In this document: positions 48,296-61,692 of the stretch, one piece after another
Layout of the letters: each line of letters starts with the position of its first letter
Position numbering within the stretch: position 1 is the first letter of the stretch
From: Azolla caroliniana
Lineage: Eukaryota; Plantae; Polypodiophyta
Reading direction: 5' to 3'
Length of the DNA stretch: 64,000 nucleotides
Assembly (NCBI GenBank): GCA_043228905.1
Contig: JBHGNT010000004.1
Coordinates: 20,336,001-20,400,000, forward strand
Made by a program: the position numbers and the translations under genes
The notes under the pieces: model-generated
Told to the model about the DNA's origin: nothing
The model's database searches: none
Seen by the model: only the letters and a program-made list of their open reading frames with translations

Positions 48296-50705
48296 AATCT
48301 TGATTGGTGTTCAAGTCTTTGAGCAATGGGCTTTTACATTACATACACTCTTTGTCGTAAACTTAGTTTGACGTCAGCCAGATGGATTGTTTCCCCTTTG
48401 ACAACATTACACAATCTAATGTTGCAATTTCTTTCACGACACGAGGAATGAACACGATACTTTGAAGGGCGGTGTTGGTAAAAGGTTTACATGGTGATCA
48501 ACGGTTGCTTGACGACACACGCAATCTTGATAGCCATGATATGCAAATGGACATTGTGCGTGCACGAATCTTGGGGTTTTTGAGGTCTACCTACCTTATT
48601 GTCATGCATTTTAGTCTCATTGTCCATAATATTATTTGTCATCTTTGTCATGCACATTGGGGGCTTAAGCATTATGCAAAGTCTTTCTCTTTTCTCGATT
48701 CAACCTCAAGCATCACTGCTTGCAGACCCAAAAAATGTGGGGTTACGTATAATGAAAGAACAAAATCTTACTTATGTTTCCACGTAATATGAATGGATAT
48801 TTTGAAATGATGGGCTACAAACATGCTTCTTTCATGTCATCTAGCACAGAACACATAAAGAACAAATAATGTAGGCATATGAGAAATGATGAGGACAAGG
48901 AAAAACAATGATGGCACAAGAAAATGCATCATGAAGGAAAGGAAGCGCAAATAACAAACCCAAAGTATCTACACCAAACAAATACCTCGTTGGTTGGTTT
49001 CAATTGTTGGGATAGTATTTCACCACAACAACAACAATAATTGGGAAACTTTTGTAATCACATGTAGCATAATTGTAATTTGTGTATCGTCATCTTGTAT
49101 TCCGTCTTAGGTCTGCTCATGTCCTCTAATATCATCCATTTCAAAACATTGTTCGCATTGTGACCAACAATTAGACAACTTAAATATATTTTTCTTACTT
49201 TTGATGTATGAGTCAAAGTATGTCTTTTGTTAGTGTTTGTTGAGTGAGTAGTCTACGTCCTTAAGTGGGTATCACTCCAATGCAATGCTTAAATATACCA
49301 TTCAAGATTATACAATTTATTCTTAACATCCAATAATTTAATCTGTGGAACCTCAGGCTGGTTAATTATTTTCAATGACAACTAAAGGAACCATGACATT
49401 TGAGGATTGCCACTCTCCATTGCAAAACTTAATTTATAACAATCAAGTAATCATGGTATTTAAAAAGTTTTTTGTGCTATTGGAGTTCAACCAATAACTC
49501 TTGCCATATGTAAAGTGTAACTCTATCCATGTTACGCCAAGTAGGCTACCATTATTGATTGCACACCAATATGTTATTGAGTGGAAGAGGTACTTTCAAG
49601 TTCTAATCAATATTGTCTTTATCTATACGAAACATTGTTTTATTTGTTATATGGCTTGTCTTTATTTAAATGAGGCATGCAATTCTTGTTGATATTTAAA
49701 ATACTTGTTCCTCCAATTTGCCAATATATGAAATCTTGATTTATTTGAAATATTATACATTATAGAAATGGTTCCGTAATTCATTCATTAGAATTTAGAG
49801 ATAAATGGTTGCAATTAAGGTCTACTCAATACTAATTACATGATACACAAGTACAACGACAGCCTTCGTCAGACAATTTGTCCCAACAAATACTTTACAA
49901 GTTTTGTGTTGTGTGATCACCTCCAACCTAGTTGTTTACAAACAAGGAAAGTATGGAGTATTAGAGAAAGACTTAGCTCAGGTAAAACCTATCAATCACT
50001 ATAATGAAGGAAAATATAACAATATAGCAAGAGAGTGTAGCTAGACCTCTAAAAATCCATAGGCCACCCTATGAATAGACCAAATTGTGCTCATGTGCCT
50101 ATCCCAAGCCTTAATATGTACTCCTAATCAAGGTTATGGATGTAGGACTAACTCCTAAAGAAGGTTACCAACAGGCATATAAAAAAATATCTGAATATAG
50201 CATGTAGAGATATTGGCCTATTGCAAAGCATGTGGATGGCTTTAGTATTCAAGGTTGAGTCTCCAACATGAATCAATCCTTATTAAGGCTAGAGGTAGGG
50301 CCATTAACAAGTGAATGGTTTTAGTATTTATGAAATTATGTGCATGTACATAGGAAAGTATACACACACATTAACCTTTGTTTATTAGGAGTAGATAATT
50401 ATTAACTTAGAGACATGCCCATAAGCATGTGGATGGCTTTAGTATAGGCTCCTAATCAAGGTTATGTGTAGATAGATAGTAGAGAGAGAGAGAGAGATTC
50501 CATTACAATCCTAGGAGGTCAAATATGGAACCAAAGTGAAACATTTTCACATGGTGCCTAAGGAGTTGATTAGTGACTCTTGACTATTCAAGAGTTTTAT
50601 TAAAAATATAGTAATTGAGAGTACAAATTGTACCTGAGAGAGGAGTGTGTGTGTCACCAATCCCAAATGAATGAAGCTAACTCCTACCTCTATGTGGCTC
50701 AGTAT

Positions 50706-53700
50706 TCAGCTTTGATTCGTCTTCTTTCCGGAGAGTAGCCGAGATATGAGGAGACCTTTACTGAAAGCTTGGTTGAAGAGAATGCGAGATTGCATCGCTT
50801 GAAATCCAGGAAGCCATGACAGGATCGCGAGAGGGATCATGACAATGGTCCCCATGGCGAGCTCATACAGCCGAGCAAGTGCGACAACAACAGGCCATGC
50901 CATTGTGTCCACCAAGAAAGGTTTCACAACTAAGCAAATGCTAAGTAACCCCCACCCTGTCGGAAGAAATGCTAATGAACTAAGGAAGAAATCGGAGACT
51001 CGAAACTCGGTTAATTCTATGAGAAGCACGAAGACCAAAGTTATCAAGACGGATACCAATAGTTGGATCCCTCTATACCGTAGATGCTTCTTGGCTGCGT
51101 ACGTCTCGGTTGCAAATGCTATCATCAAGTAGAGGGCCATGGCCGATAGGACATAGATCCATGAGACGAAGTAAACAAGCACACTCTTGTTGTTGGCCGC
51201 AATGTGGAGCCGATAGACCAACCCATATTGGATGAGGAAGAATCGCAAGCTAAGAATTACTTCTAGAATCTTACCCCAAAAGTCAGTGGTCCTTAAATGA
51301 TCATGCTCCTCGTTCCACCACACCTCCCAACTCTGATCAGCCTTAATCAATGATCCACCTTTGAACCACAACCAATTCCAAAAGTCCTCGAAATCATAGA
51401 CAGTTTGAAGCCAATCGAACCCAGTTGGATTGAATAGAAATGGAGCCATCAGCCATGAAAGGGCCATAAACCAGCTTGAAAATGTAGAAATGGCATATAC
51501 AATAATGCTCGCTTGTGAGCTTCCATATGCTGCATAGATTATTAGCAAAATGATGAGCTCAACTCCTTTCTGGAAATGGCTCCTTGCATAGAGGCGATAA
51601 TTCTCAGTGAATTTCTCCCTTTTCAACACGAACCCGCGACCCGTAGCCCTATATTTAGCGCCCCCGTGTAGCAATGTACGGCCAAAATAGTGGCATTTTG
51701 TACCCAATGAGAAGGTGAAAAATACTGAGCAGAGCTCTACTTGCATGACTAGAAAATCCCACATAGCACCACTAAAGCCTAGCTCTAAGCAATTCTCAAC
51801 CACCATAGGCAATGCAGTGAAAAAGCCAAGCTGCACGATAAATTGCTGATTAATTGAGGCTGCGAGAGCTGAGTTGTTTAGACTCCCCCCAATTGCTTCC
51901 TCTAGTCCACTAAGAGCAATATAAACCCGACCCCATAAAAAAGCATACACACTCAATACAATGATCATGTTATTGATATAAAACCCCACCGTGGAATGGT
52001 AGAAGGAGAGCATTCTAAAGAAATCAAGGCGATGTCCAAGGCGATAAATATCTCGACTCAATAGCTGTTCACCATTACCACTCGAGACCTTAGCTTCAAA
52101 AAGTGCAATTTGATTCAAACCCACATCTCGACCTTTCCCTGCTTGAATGTACTCATGATGAGTAACATTCCCTCCCCTAAGAGTGCAGTTGAACCCTGCA
52201 AAGATATCCTCACTTATATTGATTACCTTTGAGGCCTTGCTAATGCCTCCTCTAGTGAGGAACCATAACCTATCGAAGAAATCTGGATGCCCATAATGCA
52301 TCCTAACCTTCAACGGTTTTGCCAATACTCGTTGACCTAGTGTAACAAAGCTCATCTCTTGAGACGACATAAAATGAGCCACTGAAGAGACAGGCCCAGT
52401 CAAGACATGCTCCCTAAGACCTAGTATTTTAGGTGTTGTCGAGCCATGAAATCTAGTGAATTCTTCGAGCAAATTCCTCACTTTCAGGGCCTCCTCAAAG
52501 TTATTGTCTTGGTTCATATCAATGGTTTGCACAGCATCTCCTCTTGTAAAGATGAGGGCATGGTTCTGATTTTCTGGCTTGCCTTCTCCAAGCTTAAGGG
52601 GTCCCGGAAGCTGGACCCGATAGATCTCTACCTCTTTCTCCAGAACTTTATCGTATTTAACTAAGACAGAGTAATACCTTCTATCTTCACCTGTGCCCAC
52701 TTCATCCACATATGCCACTCTCATGGCCGGATGTGTTTTCATGAGAAACGAGATTTCATCAGCTTTTACATCTTTCTTTGTCTTTTGAACCCCGTATATC
52801 TGGCATGCCACCACATATGTGAATTTCAATTGGGCTGCTGATGACTTGGGTGATCTTCTAGGCATATTCTCCATGACATCCCAGCTACTCTGTTTGATCT
52901 CGGACACCTCATCAAGCATTGCAAGTATTTCGAGGGCGCTTTGGTAGTATGTCATTCCCCTTACGGTTCGAGCTAGTGTTTGGCCTCGGTACGAAGCCCA
53001 CATCCTTAACTCCCTCATTTTTTCTTTATCATTCCATAACTCAATCCCAGACCCATCTTGACATTTCATCCTTTCTAGAAAGTTCTGCCACTCATCTGGA
53101 AAAACATTCTGGAGGTAGAAAAGAATAGTGATTCCATCTTCATTGGGTGTTCTTAGCTGTTCTTTAGTGTATGAGACATCCTCACTATAGTAAGGGGTAA
53201 GCACACTAAACGAGAGCATTTTCTCAACAGGAGGAGCACGTGGCATGTTCATGAAGAGTGAGTTGCTGAAGAAAGCGATCCGCCTTCGAGCATCCACATT
53301 CTTCGGTACAGTGCTCATTGAGTCTTTAGTGGTAAGTATGGCATGAAGTCTCCTCAACCGAGAGAAAAAAGCTTCATTTTCAAGCTTCGGTAATTCAACA
53401 GCATTGACAAACAAGAGTTCATTCTGATCTCCAAGTAATCCTGCTTTCCTTCGGGATTCAGCATAACGCCTTTCGGTCGGAAGGTCTCTAGTCACCACAT
53501 CATACAAATCCTGCAAGGCACTGACCACTTTTTGTGAGTCTTTTTCACCAGGCCTTTTCATTAATATTTGTACCAATGCAACCATGCGTGTATGGACTCC
53601 TTCCAATTCCTTCACCTGATAATTGATGGCGAATTTTCCATTAGAGATGTGCCTTTTGATCTCCTGAAAGAGGAGCTCGATAATTTTGTATTCGATGCTT

Positions 53701-55922
53701 TTCTCTTTGAGAATACTCTTCAGTAAATATTGGGTGCTCTCATAGCATTCTATTACGGCACACCTCCTATATTCACTTTTGGTTATCTTTGCCCATAACT
53801 CTGTATCCTCTGTCCATTGCTTTCTTTGTGTGAAACCCAAAGCCACTAGCAATTCATTAGAAAGTAGCACCGTAGGCCATTGCATAACAGTCACATCTGG
53901 GGAGATTTCTGGAACCACTAAAAGCTCTACTTCATGATTACTTAGCAAGTCCTCACGTCGGAAATAAAAAATAATCTTATTCCACAGTAAAGCAAATTTA
54001 CGAGATTGCAATGTACTTCCTTCAAACCTCTTATAGGCTTTTGTTACAAGGCCATATCGGAGGTTGATCCTTGCAAACATGTCTTTAGCTAAGGATACAA
54101 GAGGGTTTTGACTGTATGAGACTTTTGCTCGGATAAATCCTTCAGCATCAGGCATCAAATTGAACCCTATTGCGCTCGCAAAGAAAGGAAAGCGTCTGAT
54201 AAATTGCTCTACATTTCTTATTTCACCAATGTGTGAAGATAGCCCGACAAAACCACCAACAAGAGCCGAAAATATTGAATACCATATTTGTAAATCCATC
54301 ACATAGATCAAAACTACTGGGGCCCAAAGAAGAAGTACCAGAAACCTGTTGCGATTTGTAAAGAATTCATGCCATTGATAACCAACAAATTGAGTACTGA
54401 GGAGCTCCCTTGTTGGGTCTACCAAGGGTCTCACCTCCAAGAAGTAGCTAAAAGAGAATTTAGCAGAGAGAACCATAAGCCAAAACGCTGTATACCTTAT
54501 GCTATCAAGGACTCCTTCACGTAAGCCTCGGCCAACAAAAAGTCTACTCTGAAACCACCATGTGAGGGCATGAAAGACTCTCCATTCAGATTTCTCCAGG
54601 AGGTTTCTTACCCAAGGTAAAAAAAGAAGTATTATTGCAAGAAACTCAGGTAAGAGGAATACTAAGGCAGCTTCAAGGAACTGAAAAAGTCTCAAATTGG
54701 CTTCCGCCGACCAACCCTTATCAGCATCTCTTTGGTTCTGAATGCGAGCTCGTAAGACATAGAAAATGGCAGTCCAACATGAGGCTACCACTATCTTTAG
54801 TACCATCCGGAGGCCGATAAGCTTGCTTCCTCTTGATATCAAGCTATACTGCATTCCTAAATCCAAGATCACTTGAGTTAACCGCAATGCTGACCACGTG
54901 ACAAAGACAGTTAGCAATGTTAGTTGGACATCTCGATCCTGCACCACGTGCCAAGGGAGCCCATCTCCATTGAAGGCAAGAATCAGCATAGTTTGCATCA
55001 TGAGTATAAGCCCAGTCCATAGATGATCGAAGCTTCGAAATACATTCCAGAAAGATCGTTGCTCGACAAACCCTGTTTTGCCTACTTTGTGCTGCCCAGA
55101 GGAAACATCTCTTTTTCTTTGACTAAGGTTATTCTTGGGTGAGACAAGGTAATCTGAGTCGAGCTTCGGTGGCCAGGAGAGGCTAGTGAAGCAATTTGGG
55201 GACCAGAAGAACTCATTCATATCATCATAATTTCGCCAACATGAGTGAGGCACTTTTCCACCATTGGCAGATTCTGCTTCATCTTGAACAACCTTATATA
55301 TAGGCTTGATAACCTTATTTACGAAGTTATTCGGCCCAAATGAATAGGGAGTGTTCCCCCCTTCACTTCTCCGCTTCTCTATGAGAACATTCATCTCCAT
55401 AGCCATGTGATGGAATATGAAACAGATGCACTCTGGCATGAACCTTATGTTGGCTGCTTCCCCCCATATAAGGAGATAGAGGCAAGAATATAGTAGCTCC
55501 CTGTGTGAATCTATGTGTGTTTTCTTCTTTGGCAGCCATAGGTTATGCTCTTTGTTTAAAAATGAGCACCACAGGATATAGTTCTTGAGAAGTTTCTTTC
55601 TCAAAGCTTGAACTACTCTTGAATCAAGACGGTGGACGTACTCTGAAGAGTATTGTCTTTGCATTTGGTGATTAGCAAGAAGAAGCACAATATGCTCTCT
55701 TTGGTTCTTTACATTATCAGATTGAAAGCCAAAAAATGCCCCAAGCCAATCGAGCATATCTCTGATAGCAAAAAGACCTAGAGGTGGAGGAGGAAACTCT
55801 CCCACAAATCTAAGTTCTTCTAAAGTAGCATGAACTGCTGGAAATTGCCCAACATCGTAGTCTTCTGAAGCTTCATCAAGCTGAATAATGTTGTAGGCAT
55901 GGTTAGATTCTTCTTTGCCCAT
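50706..55922 (-). CDS. CalS12: Callose synthase (1,3-beta-glucan synthase, GT48), CalS11/CalS12 (GSL1/GSL5)-like; 1738 aa, intronless CDS
   Basis: FKS1 domain 'LYLLIWGEAANIRFMPECICFIFHHMA', 'WRNYDDMNE', 'GFVEQRSFW'; catalytic region 'ARRRIAFFSNSLFM', 'LTPYYSEDV', 'WASYRGQTLART', 'GEGKPENQNHA', 'RMHYGHPD', 'SEDIFAG', 'GKGRDVGLNQI'. No N-terminal Vta1 domain and no introns, as in the CalS11/12 clade; exact orthology not established. Confidence 0.95.
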   Translation of the reverse strand: MGKEESNHAYNIIQLDEASEDYDVGQFPAVHATLEELRFVGEFPPPPLGLFAIRDMLDWLGAFFGFQSDNVKNQREHIVLLLANHQMQRQYSSEYVHRLDSRVVQALRKKLLKNYILWCSFLNKEHNLWLPKKKTHIDSHRELLYSCLYLLIWGEAANIRFMPECICFIFHHMAMEMNVLIEKRRSEGGNTPYSFGPNNFVNKVIKPIYKVVQDEAESANGGKVPHSCWRNYDDMNEFFWSPNCFTSLSWPPKLDSDYLVSPKNNLSQRKRDVSSGQHKVGKTGFVEQRSFWNVFRSFDHLWTGLILMMQTMLILAFNGDGLPWHVVQDRDVQLTLLTVFVTWSALRLTQVILDLGMQYSLISRGSKLIGLRMVLKIVVASCWTAIFYVLRARIQNQRDADKGWSAEANLRLFQFLEAALVFLLPEFLAIILLFLPWVRNLLEKSEWRVFHALTWWFQSRLFVGRGLREGVLDSIRYTAFWLMVLSAKFSFSYFLEVRPLVDPTRELLSTQFVGYQWHEFFTNRNRFLVLLLWAPVVLIYVMDLQIWYSIFSALVGGFVGLSSHIGEIRNVEQFIRRFPFFASAIGFNLMPDAEGFIRAKVSYSQNPLVSLAKDMFARINLRYGLVTKAYKRFEGSTLQSRKFALLWNKIIFYFRREDLLSNHEVELLVVPEISPDVTVMQWPTVLLSNELLVALGFTQRKQWTEDTELWAKITKSEYRRCAVIECYESTQYLLKSILKEKSIEYKIIELLFQEIKRHISNGKFAINYQVKELEGVHTRMVALVQILMKRPGEKDSQKVVSALQDLYDVVTRDLPTERRYAESRRKAGLLGDQNELLFVNAVELPKLENEAFFSRLRRLHAILTTKDSMSTVPKNVDARRRIAFFSNSLFMNMPRAPPVEKMLSFSVLTPYYSEDVSYTKEQLRTPNEDGITILFYLQNVFPDEWQNFLERMKCQDGSGIELWNDKEKMRELRMWASYRGQTLARTVRGMTYYQSALEILAMLDEVSEIKQSSWDVMENMPRRSPKSSAAQLKFTYVVACQIYGVQKTKKDVKADEISFLMKTHPAMRVAYVDEVGTGEDRRYYSVLVKYDKVLEKEVEIYRVQLPGPLKLGEGKPENQNHALIFTRGDAVQTIDMNQDNNFEEALKVRNLLEEFTRFHGSTTPKILGLREHVLTGPVSSVAHFMSSQEMSFVTLGQRVLAKPLKVRMHYGHPDFFDRLWFLTRGGISKASKVINISEDIFAGFNCTLRGGNVTHHEYIQAGKGRDVGLNQIALFEAKVSSGNGEQLLSRDIYRLGHRLDFFRMLSFYHSTVGFYINNMIIVLSVYAFLWGRVYIALSGLEEAIGGSLNNSALAASINQQFIVQLGFFTALPMVVENCLELGFSGAMWDFLVMQVELCSVFFTFSLGTKCHYFGRTLLHGGAKYRATGRGFVLKREKFTENYRLYARSHFQKGVELIILLIIYAAYGSSQASIIVYAISTFSSWFMALSWLMAPFLFNPTGFDWLQTVYDFEDFWNWLWFKGGSLIKADQSWEVWWNEEHDHLRTTDFWGKILEVILSLRFFLIQYGLVYRLHIAANNKSVLVYFVSWIYVLSAMALYLMIAFATETYAAKKHLRYRGIQLLVSVLITLVFVLLIELTEFRVSDFFLSSLAFLPTGWGLLSICLVVKPFLVDTMAWPVVVALARLYELAMGTIVMIPLAILSWLPGFQAMQSRILFNQAFSKGLLISRLLSGKKTNQS

Positions 55923-56483
55923 CTTTTAAAGAACCCAAATGCTTTCATTCAGCAAGAAACGCTGAAATCCTGAAGAAATATATGGAAACAAAGGTTAAGA
56001 TTTTGATGATTAGTTGCTTAAATGCTTTATTAACAAGGCAAAATATAGTGATTTAATTATTGCCCAATTATTGGCAGAGATGCCCTTTAATGCTCAATTC
56101 AGATTACATCTGTATGATGATAAAATTAAATGAGATAATATGCAGAAAAAGACTTTCCCATTTACTAAAAAGGGCCCAAAATCTTTGACTGTACCAAAAT
56201 AGACAAAATCCTGACGAAATTCATACAAGAAATGGTTGAAGAATATTGGATTGTGGTTAAAATGTTCTGATAAAGGGGAAAAATACATCAAAATGATGAA
56301 ACCCTGAAGAAATTTCACAGAAATAAAGTTTGTAGCTTAAATACTTTGTTAAAGAGGAAAAAAAACATTAAACTTCATCATGCTCAATTCGGATTACAAA
56401 GATCAATCTGTATATTGTTTGAACTACATGAGAGAATACCGCAAGAAAATAATTGCAAAAGAGAGGATCAGAGAGAGTAGAGA

Positions 56484-56484
56484 A

Positions 56485-56519
<35 letters not shown>

Positions 56520-56694
56520 CCTGATTAAGAAGATGATGTGGGCATGATTGTTGAGGTTTTCTTCTCTCTGCTTTCTTCTTTCCTTCTTTCTTTCTTTCTT
56601 TCTTGCGTCTTCTTTTTTCTGATTCTGTGAATGGGGTGGGGGGAGAATTGAATAGTACAATGAAAGAGCTTTTGTGATGGAGCACACCACAGAC

Positions 56695-56750
<56 letters not shown>
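56484..56750. repeat. (CA)n/(GA)n microsatellites in the probable 5' leader of the callose synthase gene
   Basis: Direct reading; candidate 5'UTR intron with minus-strand donor CAG|GTCTCT at 56520 and acceptor near 55962-55972. Confidence 0.75.
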
Positions 56751-56751
<1 letters not shown>

Positions 56752-57900
56752 CAGTCCTGTTTCCATCTTTCTTTGCTTTAGAGATTCATGATTTACTCTG
56801 CTCCCACATAATAATGGATTACATGGTAGATTGATTCCTCCTACCATTTTTTTTTTAAAATCTTTTCTTTGATTTTGCTTCTTTTTCACTGTCTCTGCTT
56901 TTCTTCCTCTCTGTCTTTTTCTTACACTGTTTACTTTTGAACAAGTCAAATCCATTTTCCCACACAATCACGAACTAGCCATGTGCCATACATAGCCATA
57001 GCCATAGCCATAGCCATAACCACCTCACTTCCTTCCTACAACTGTCAATGTGTCACGATGATACACCGGGAGCAGGCGGCAACGCAGGGGAACACACAAA
57101 TCGTACACTAGAGCAAGCACGGGAAACTGGCATCAAATGAACGCATATACACGAATCAACGGGTTATATTATATCCTTTCCGCCCATCCCATTGATCCGT
57201 GCCCCCCCCCCCCCCCCCCCCATGAACTATGAGTCGAGCCATCCAAAAGCTCGGTCAAAGCTTTTATGGTTATGGGGTTTAACAAAGCTTGAACCCTAAG
57301 AGTTGTTATGAAGAAAAGGACAAATTTTGAAAGACTTGCGTAAGCATGTTGTCTCCTTCTATATGATATATATTACATGTGTCTCATCAAAAGTACTAGC
57401 GAAGGTAATCCGTGCACATTGCATTATAAGTTATCCTTCTCCAAATTCTCCCGTGATTTAATTAATGATTGGGTATGCTTTGATGGCGCCCCCGAAGTGG
57501 ATTCTAACACGTGTGGCTATTTTTATTGCTGAGTGTGCCTTCAAAGTATTGTGTGGCTATATATGTAATTGTATTCATACGATACCTCCACAAGGTGAGG
57601 AGTGTTGGAGGAGTTAGATGTGAAACATGTTGTGATACTAATCCCCGTTTTTTATTGCATGCTTTGCCTGCTTGTCTCAAATCTAGATGTAGATTGAGAA
57701 TAGTGTGAGCTATTGTGTCCATTAAATGTGTGACGTATGCCTAATGAAATTGGAGCTATATGAGGCCCCAACCTTGTCCATTCCATTGTTTTGGGAACAA
57801 TGAGGCTCTTGTCTTCTCTTTGTGAGTTTTGCCAAATGTGTTTTTACTAGTCCCAACCTACTTGAGCTAATACAAAATTGGAAAGCATCTATTATTTAAT

Positions 57901-58146
57901 TGCTCACTGAGTTTGAATCCAAAACTCCTTGATAGTCGTTCTCTATTTAAAATATGGCGAAATTCATGTATTGGTAACAAGAGCTCTATAGAACTCAAGC
58001 CAACTACAAAAGTTACGTTCAATGCTCACTGAGTTTGAATCCAAAACTCCTTGATAGTCGTTCTCTATTTAAAATATGGCGAAATTCATGTATTGGTAAC
58101 AAGAGCTCTATAGAACTCAAGCCAACTACAAAAGTTACGTTCAATG
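57901..58146. repeat. Perfect two-copy tandem duplication, unit 122 bp
   Basis: TGCTCACTGAGTTTGAATCC...AAAAGTTACGTTCAA at 57901 and 58023, no differences seen. Confidence 0.95.
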
Positions 58147-61100
58147 TGTTAATCGATATCATATTGGTGAAAGGCGGATGTCCTAAACTTTTGAAAAAGC
58201 ACAACTAGTAGGGTTTATCCCTTAACACGAGCGAAATATTTCCAATATGCGGGAGACTATATTATATCATTGATATATCCTTGATAGTATATTAATATGT
58301 TATATATATACACACAAGAGATGCGTATGCCATTGATGAGAGAGCGATGGAGCAATCAATGGCCTTGGAGAATAATTATCATAAGATACAATGTGACCTT
58401 TAAAAAAGATAGATTGGTTAGAACACAAGCAAAAGACAAGGTTATGAAATAGCTTATTTTCCATTGACTCTAAGGCATTTGATATGTCAAAGACTATTAA
58501 ATCCATGACATCAATGTTCTTATCCCCATATGGATGAGCTACATTTATCATAAGTTATGGAGGTGTGTGTTTTATGTATGTATTAACACAAAGTTTCTTT
58601 TTTGTCTTTGAAGATTCACCTTGGTATTAATGGAAAGATGCCCAAAGGCTACAAAGAACACATACATGAAAACACAACCAACAAGAACTCCATTTACACA
58701 TTTTAAATCATGATCCTTCCATAGTGGGGGGTAGAAAAAGCCACCTTGGTGGAGCAAGAACAAGTTTATGTATTAACACCAAGTTTATTGTATACATAAA
58801 CAAATTAGATGCAAAAATCCTCTTATATAAGGCTCACACATATGTACTTTATTGACCGGCTACATTATAGATGACATTGACCAATGTTATTTTTATAATG
58901 TTTGGAACACCATTTAAAATTTAAGTTTTCAACAGTTCACTCACATAGCAACAGAATGTTAATTTGTCGAGGTTTGTTGTTTCTTGAGACTTTTTAGTGT
59001 ATTTTAATTCCTAACAATTCACGAGGTGTCAATGGGACTTGAATGCATGAGTTTTCACATATATATGTGGTTGTGGTGAGCTCACGCATACATACTTTCG
59101 ACATACTCTCACACTCATTGCAATTTATGTTCCGTGAGTTTAGAGTATGTGACTTGCAAGACCAAGAGGGGGAGATCAAAATCAAGCATGACCCTTGGAA
59201 TATACTTCCCAAAACTATGATTTAGTTAAAAAAAAAGAAAAACGTAACAACACATTGGGCCCATTGACATTTTTATGATGTGGAAATAATATATCAATGA
59301 GCTTTGAGAGAGAGAGATTATTTTTTTGTGAATGATCGTGTCACAACTTTTTATCAATTTCCGATAAAAAACTTGTACTAGAATATTGTAGAAAGACTTA
59401 CGTCTTTATTTGAAAATTGGCATGTTGTGCTAGTGATGCAATAAAGGTATTATATCAAGTGATCTAACAAGAAAGCCACATCGATCTCAACACTTTATAA
59501 CTAGAGGAAACAAGGCATGCAAATAATGAGTTATCATGCGAAGATTTTTTTATTTTTATTTTCCAAAAAAAACTCCTTCCATTAGTTATAAATCATGCGA
59601 AGATTACATCCAAGTTTTTAGTTCCCTAGGAAATACAATCCCAAGGGGAAAAAATGTTCAAAGGAAGCATGTGTTGTTTTGGTGGAGTAGAAGTCTTCCA
59701 AAGAAGTAAAGATGGACACGACTTCCATTCGATTTAAAGGGTCACACGTGCTTATGGCAATAACATCTATGACATACGAAAGGAAAAACCTTGTTTTCCA
59801 AGTTGGAGCTTAGATTTTTAAATGTCGTGCACCCTTTTTGTCACTCTTTTCTGTCTCTATATTCCTCTTAATTTGACATTGCTTTTCTTTTTGCTTTTGT
59901 ATTTGCAAGACGATAAACTCACTCACATGGAAAGAAATGGTGTTGTTCGAAAAATATCTGAATAACTTTGGTAAAGGGGGTCGTTGCCCATGAGTGTCTC
60001 AAAAATAAGTTTGTTATAGTGTTTTTTTAATGGTTTTTATGTGGTTTAGATATTGAAAACAAATGATTAGGTGATTATAGGAAAACCTCATTTGATTCAT
60101 TTTATTTTAATTAGTTTCTTTCAAGGGGCCCCCTAGGGATGCCCCCCTTCCCTCCCAAAAGCATCTCTCTCTCTCTCTCTCTTCTCTCTTATTTTTTTGT
60201 GAAAAGACATCATTATATTTGTAAATGCATGTGAAAAACACTACAATGGTACCATAATTGAGCGGCATCAACACTACATGGGTAATGGGATAGGTTGAAT
60301 CCCCAATATGCAAGATGAACACTATGGTGTGAATATCTATCGTTATATTGATTTAAGCACACAAATCACTATTGAAACTCCAAGATGCATATGTTTAAGG
60401 TCAATCTAGATCATTGAATTCCTAAATTTCATTCCCCAAACAAAGTGTTTGGTAGGTCCATATATTCCAATAATTGGATCATAAGAGATGATAGATGAAC
60501 CCTCTAAAAGTGAGGGGCGGTTTTATACATGTTGATTTGAGTGATAATACATAATCTCAAAAAATCCCTTTCATTCTCATTCTTCACTTCTTCGAGTTAA
60601 GTATCTATCTACCACAATGATGTGTAAGCAAGCAATTATTGCTAGAACTTACTTTTGACTTTCCTCAAATTGTAGTGTCTAGAAAGAACACCAAATGAGA
60701 ATACACGTTGTTGGGCCACAAGTGAAAGCTAGGGGAGTGAATAGATGAGTAGCCCAACTATCCTAGCCATAAAATTATGGATATTAAATGTTTCACATAC
60801 CAACATGTCCAACGTTGTAGCTAATGCATTATCTCACCTAAGAGTACATTTGCAAAAATGAAACTCAAAGGAATTGAGCAACAAGGGATAGAATTTCAGT
60901 TTACCAATCTTCAATGTAAGTCAGAATTGCAAATAAATGATTTAAATTCAATTGAGTTGAAGCCTTGGCACACATGAGACAAGGATTACTATGAAATAAG
61001 TAAAAATACATGCATATGTACTTATGAATAAATAACAAACTTAGATAAACTTTACACAAAGTGAACTTGAAATGAAAAAAACATAAACTACATTTAAGTG

Positions 61101-61410
61101 ACAGTTGTTGAAATGGAGTTGAAGCATCATCATGTTGCACAATATACAACAATACCATGAATCTCTTCACAAAATGATAAGATACATTATACATATATCT
61201 ATTGAAAGAGATATGGTAAGTAGGTTAATAGAGATGACAATTTTTGAGTTACATAAACCATTCACAAGAATTACACTTGTACATTCATTTATAATTAGCA
61301 GACAGTGTTATGACAATTTTTGTCATGGCCTTCAAGCTCTTTTCCCCCCCTTAACATGGAGTGGTGTGTTATCTTTCATAAAATAAAATTCAAGAAAAAC
61401 CCATTATGGC

Positions 61411-61692
61411 TAGTTGATTGTAACCTTTGATCCATAATATAACACCAAACACACTTTGGAGAAACTCAAGAAGATGCATCAAACCAGCAAAGTCAACAAA
61501 TGTCTTAGACTTAAATGGTTGAAACTCAATTACAAGATGATGTCGACAAATGTATAGTTAATTATAACCTTTGAGCTATAACATAATACCAGAACACATT
61601 TTGGAAAAACTCAAGAAGATGCATCAACCCAGCAAAGTCGACAAATATGTTAGTCTTAAATGATTGAAACTCAATTACAAGATGATGTGGCC
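61411..61692. repeat. Diverged two-copy tandem duplication, unit ~144 bp
   Basis: 'aaactcaagaagatgcatcaa(a/c)ccagcaaagtc' and 'ttgaaactcaattacaagatgatgt' each occur twice, 144 bp apart. Confidence 0.88.
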
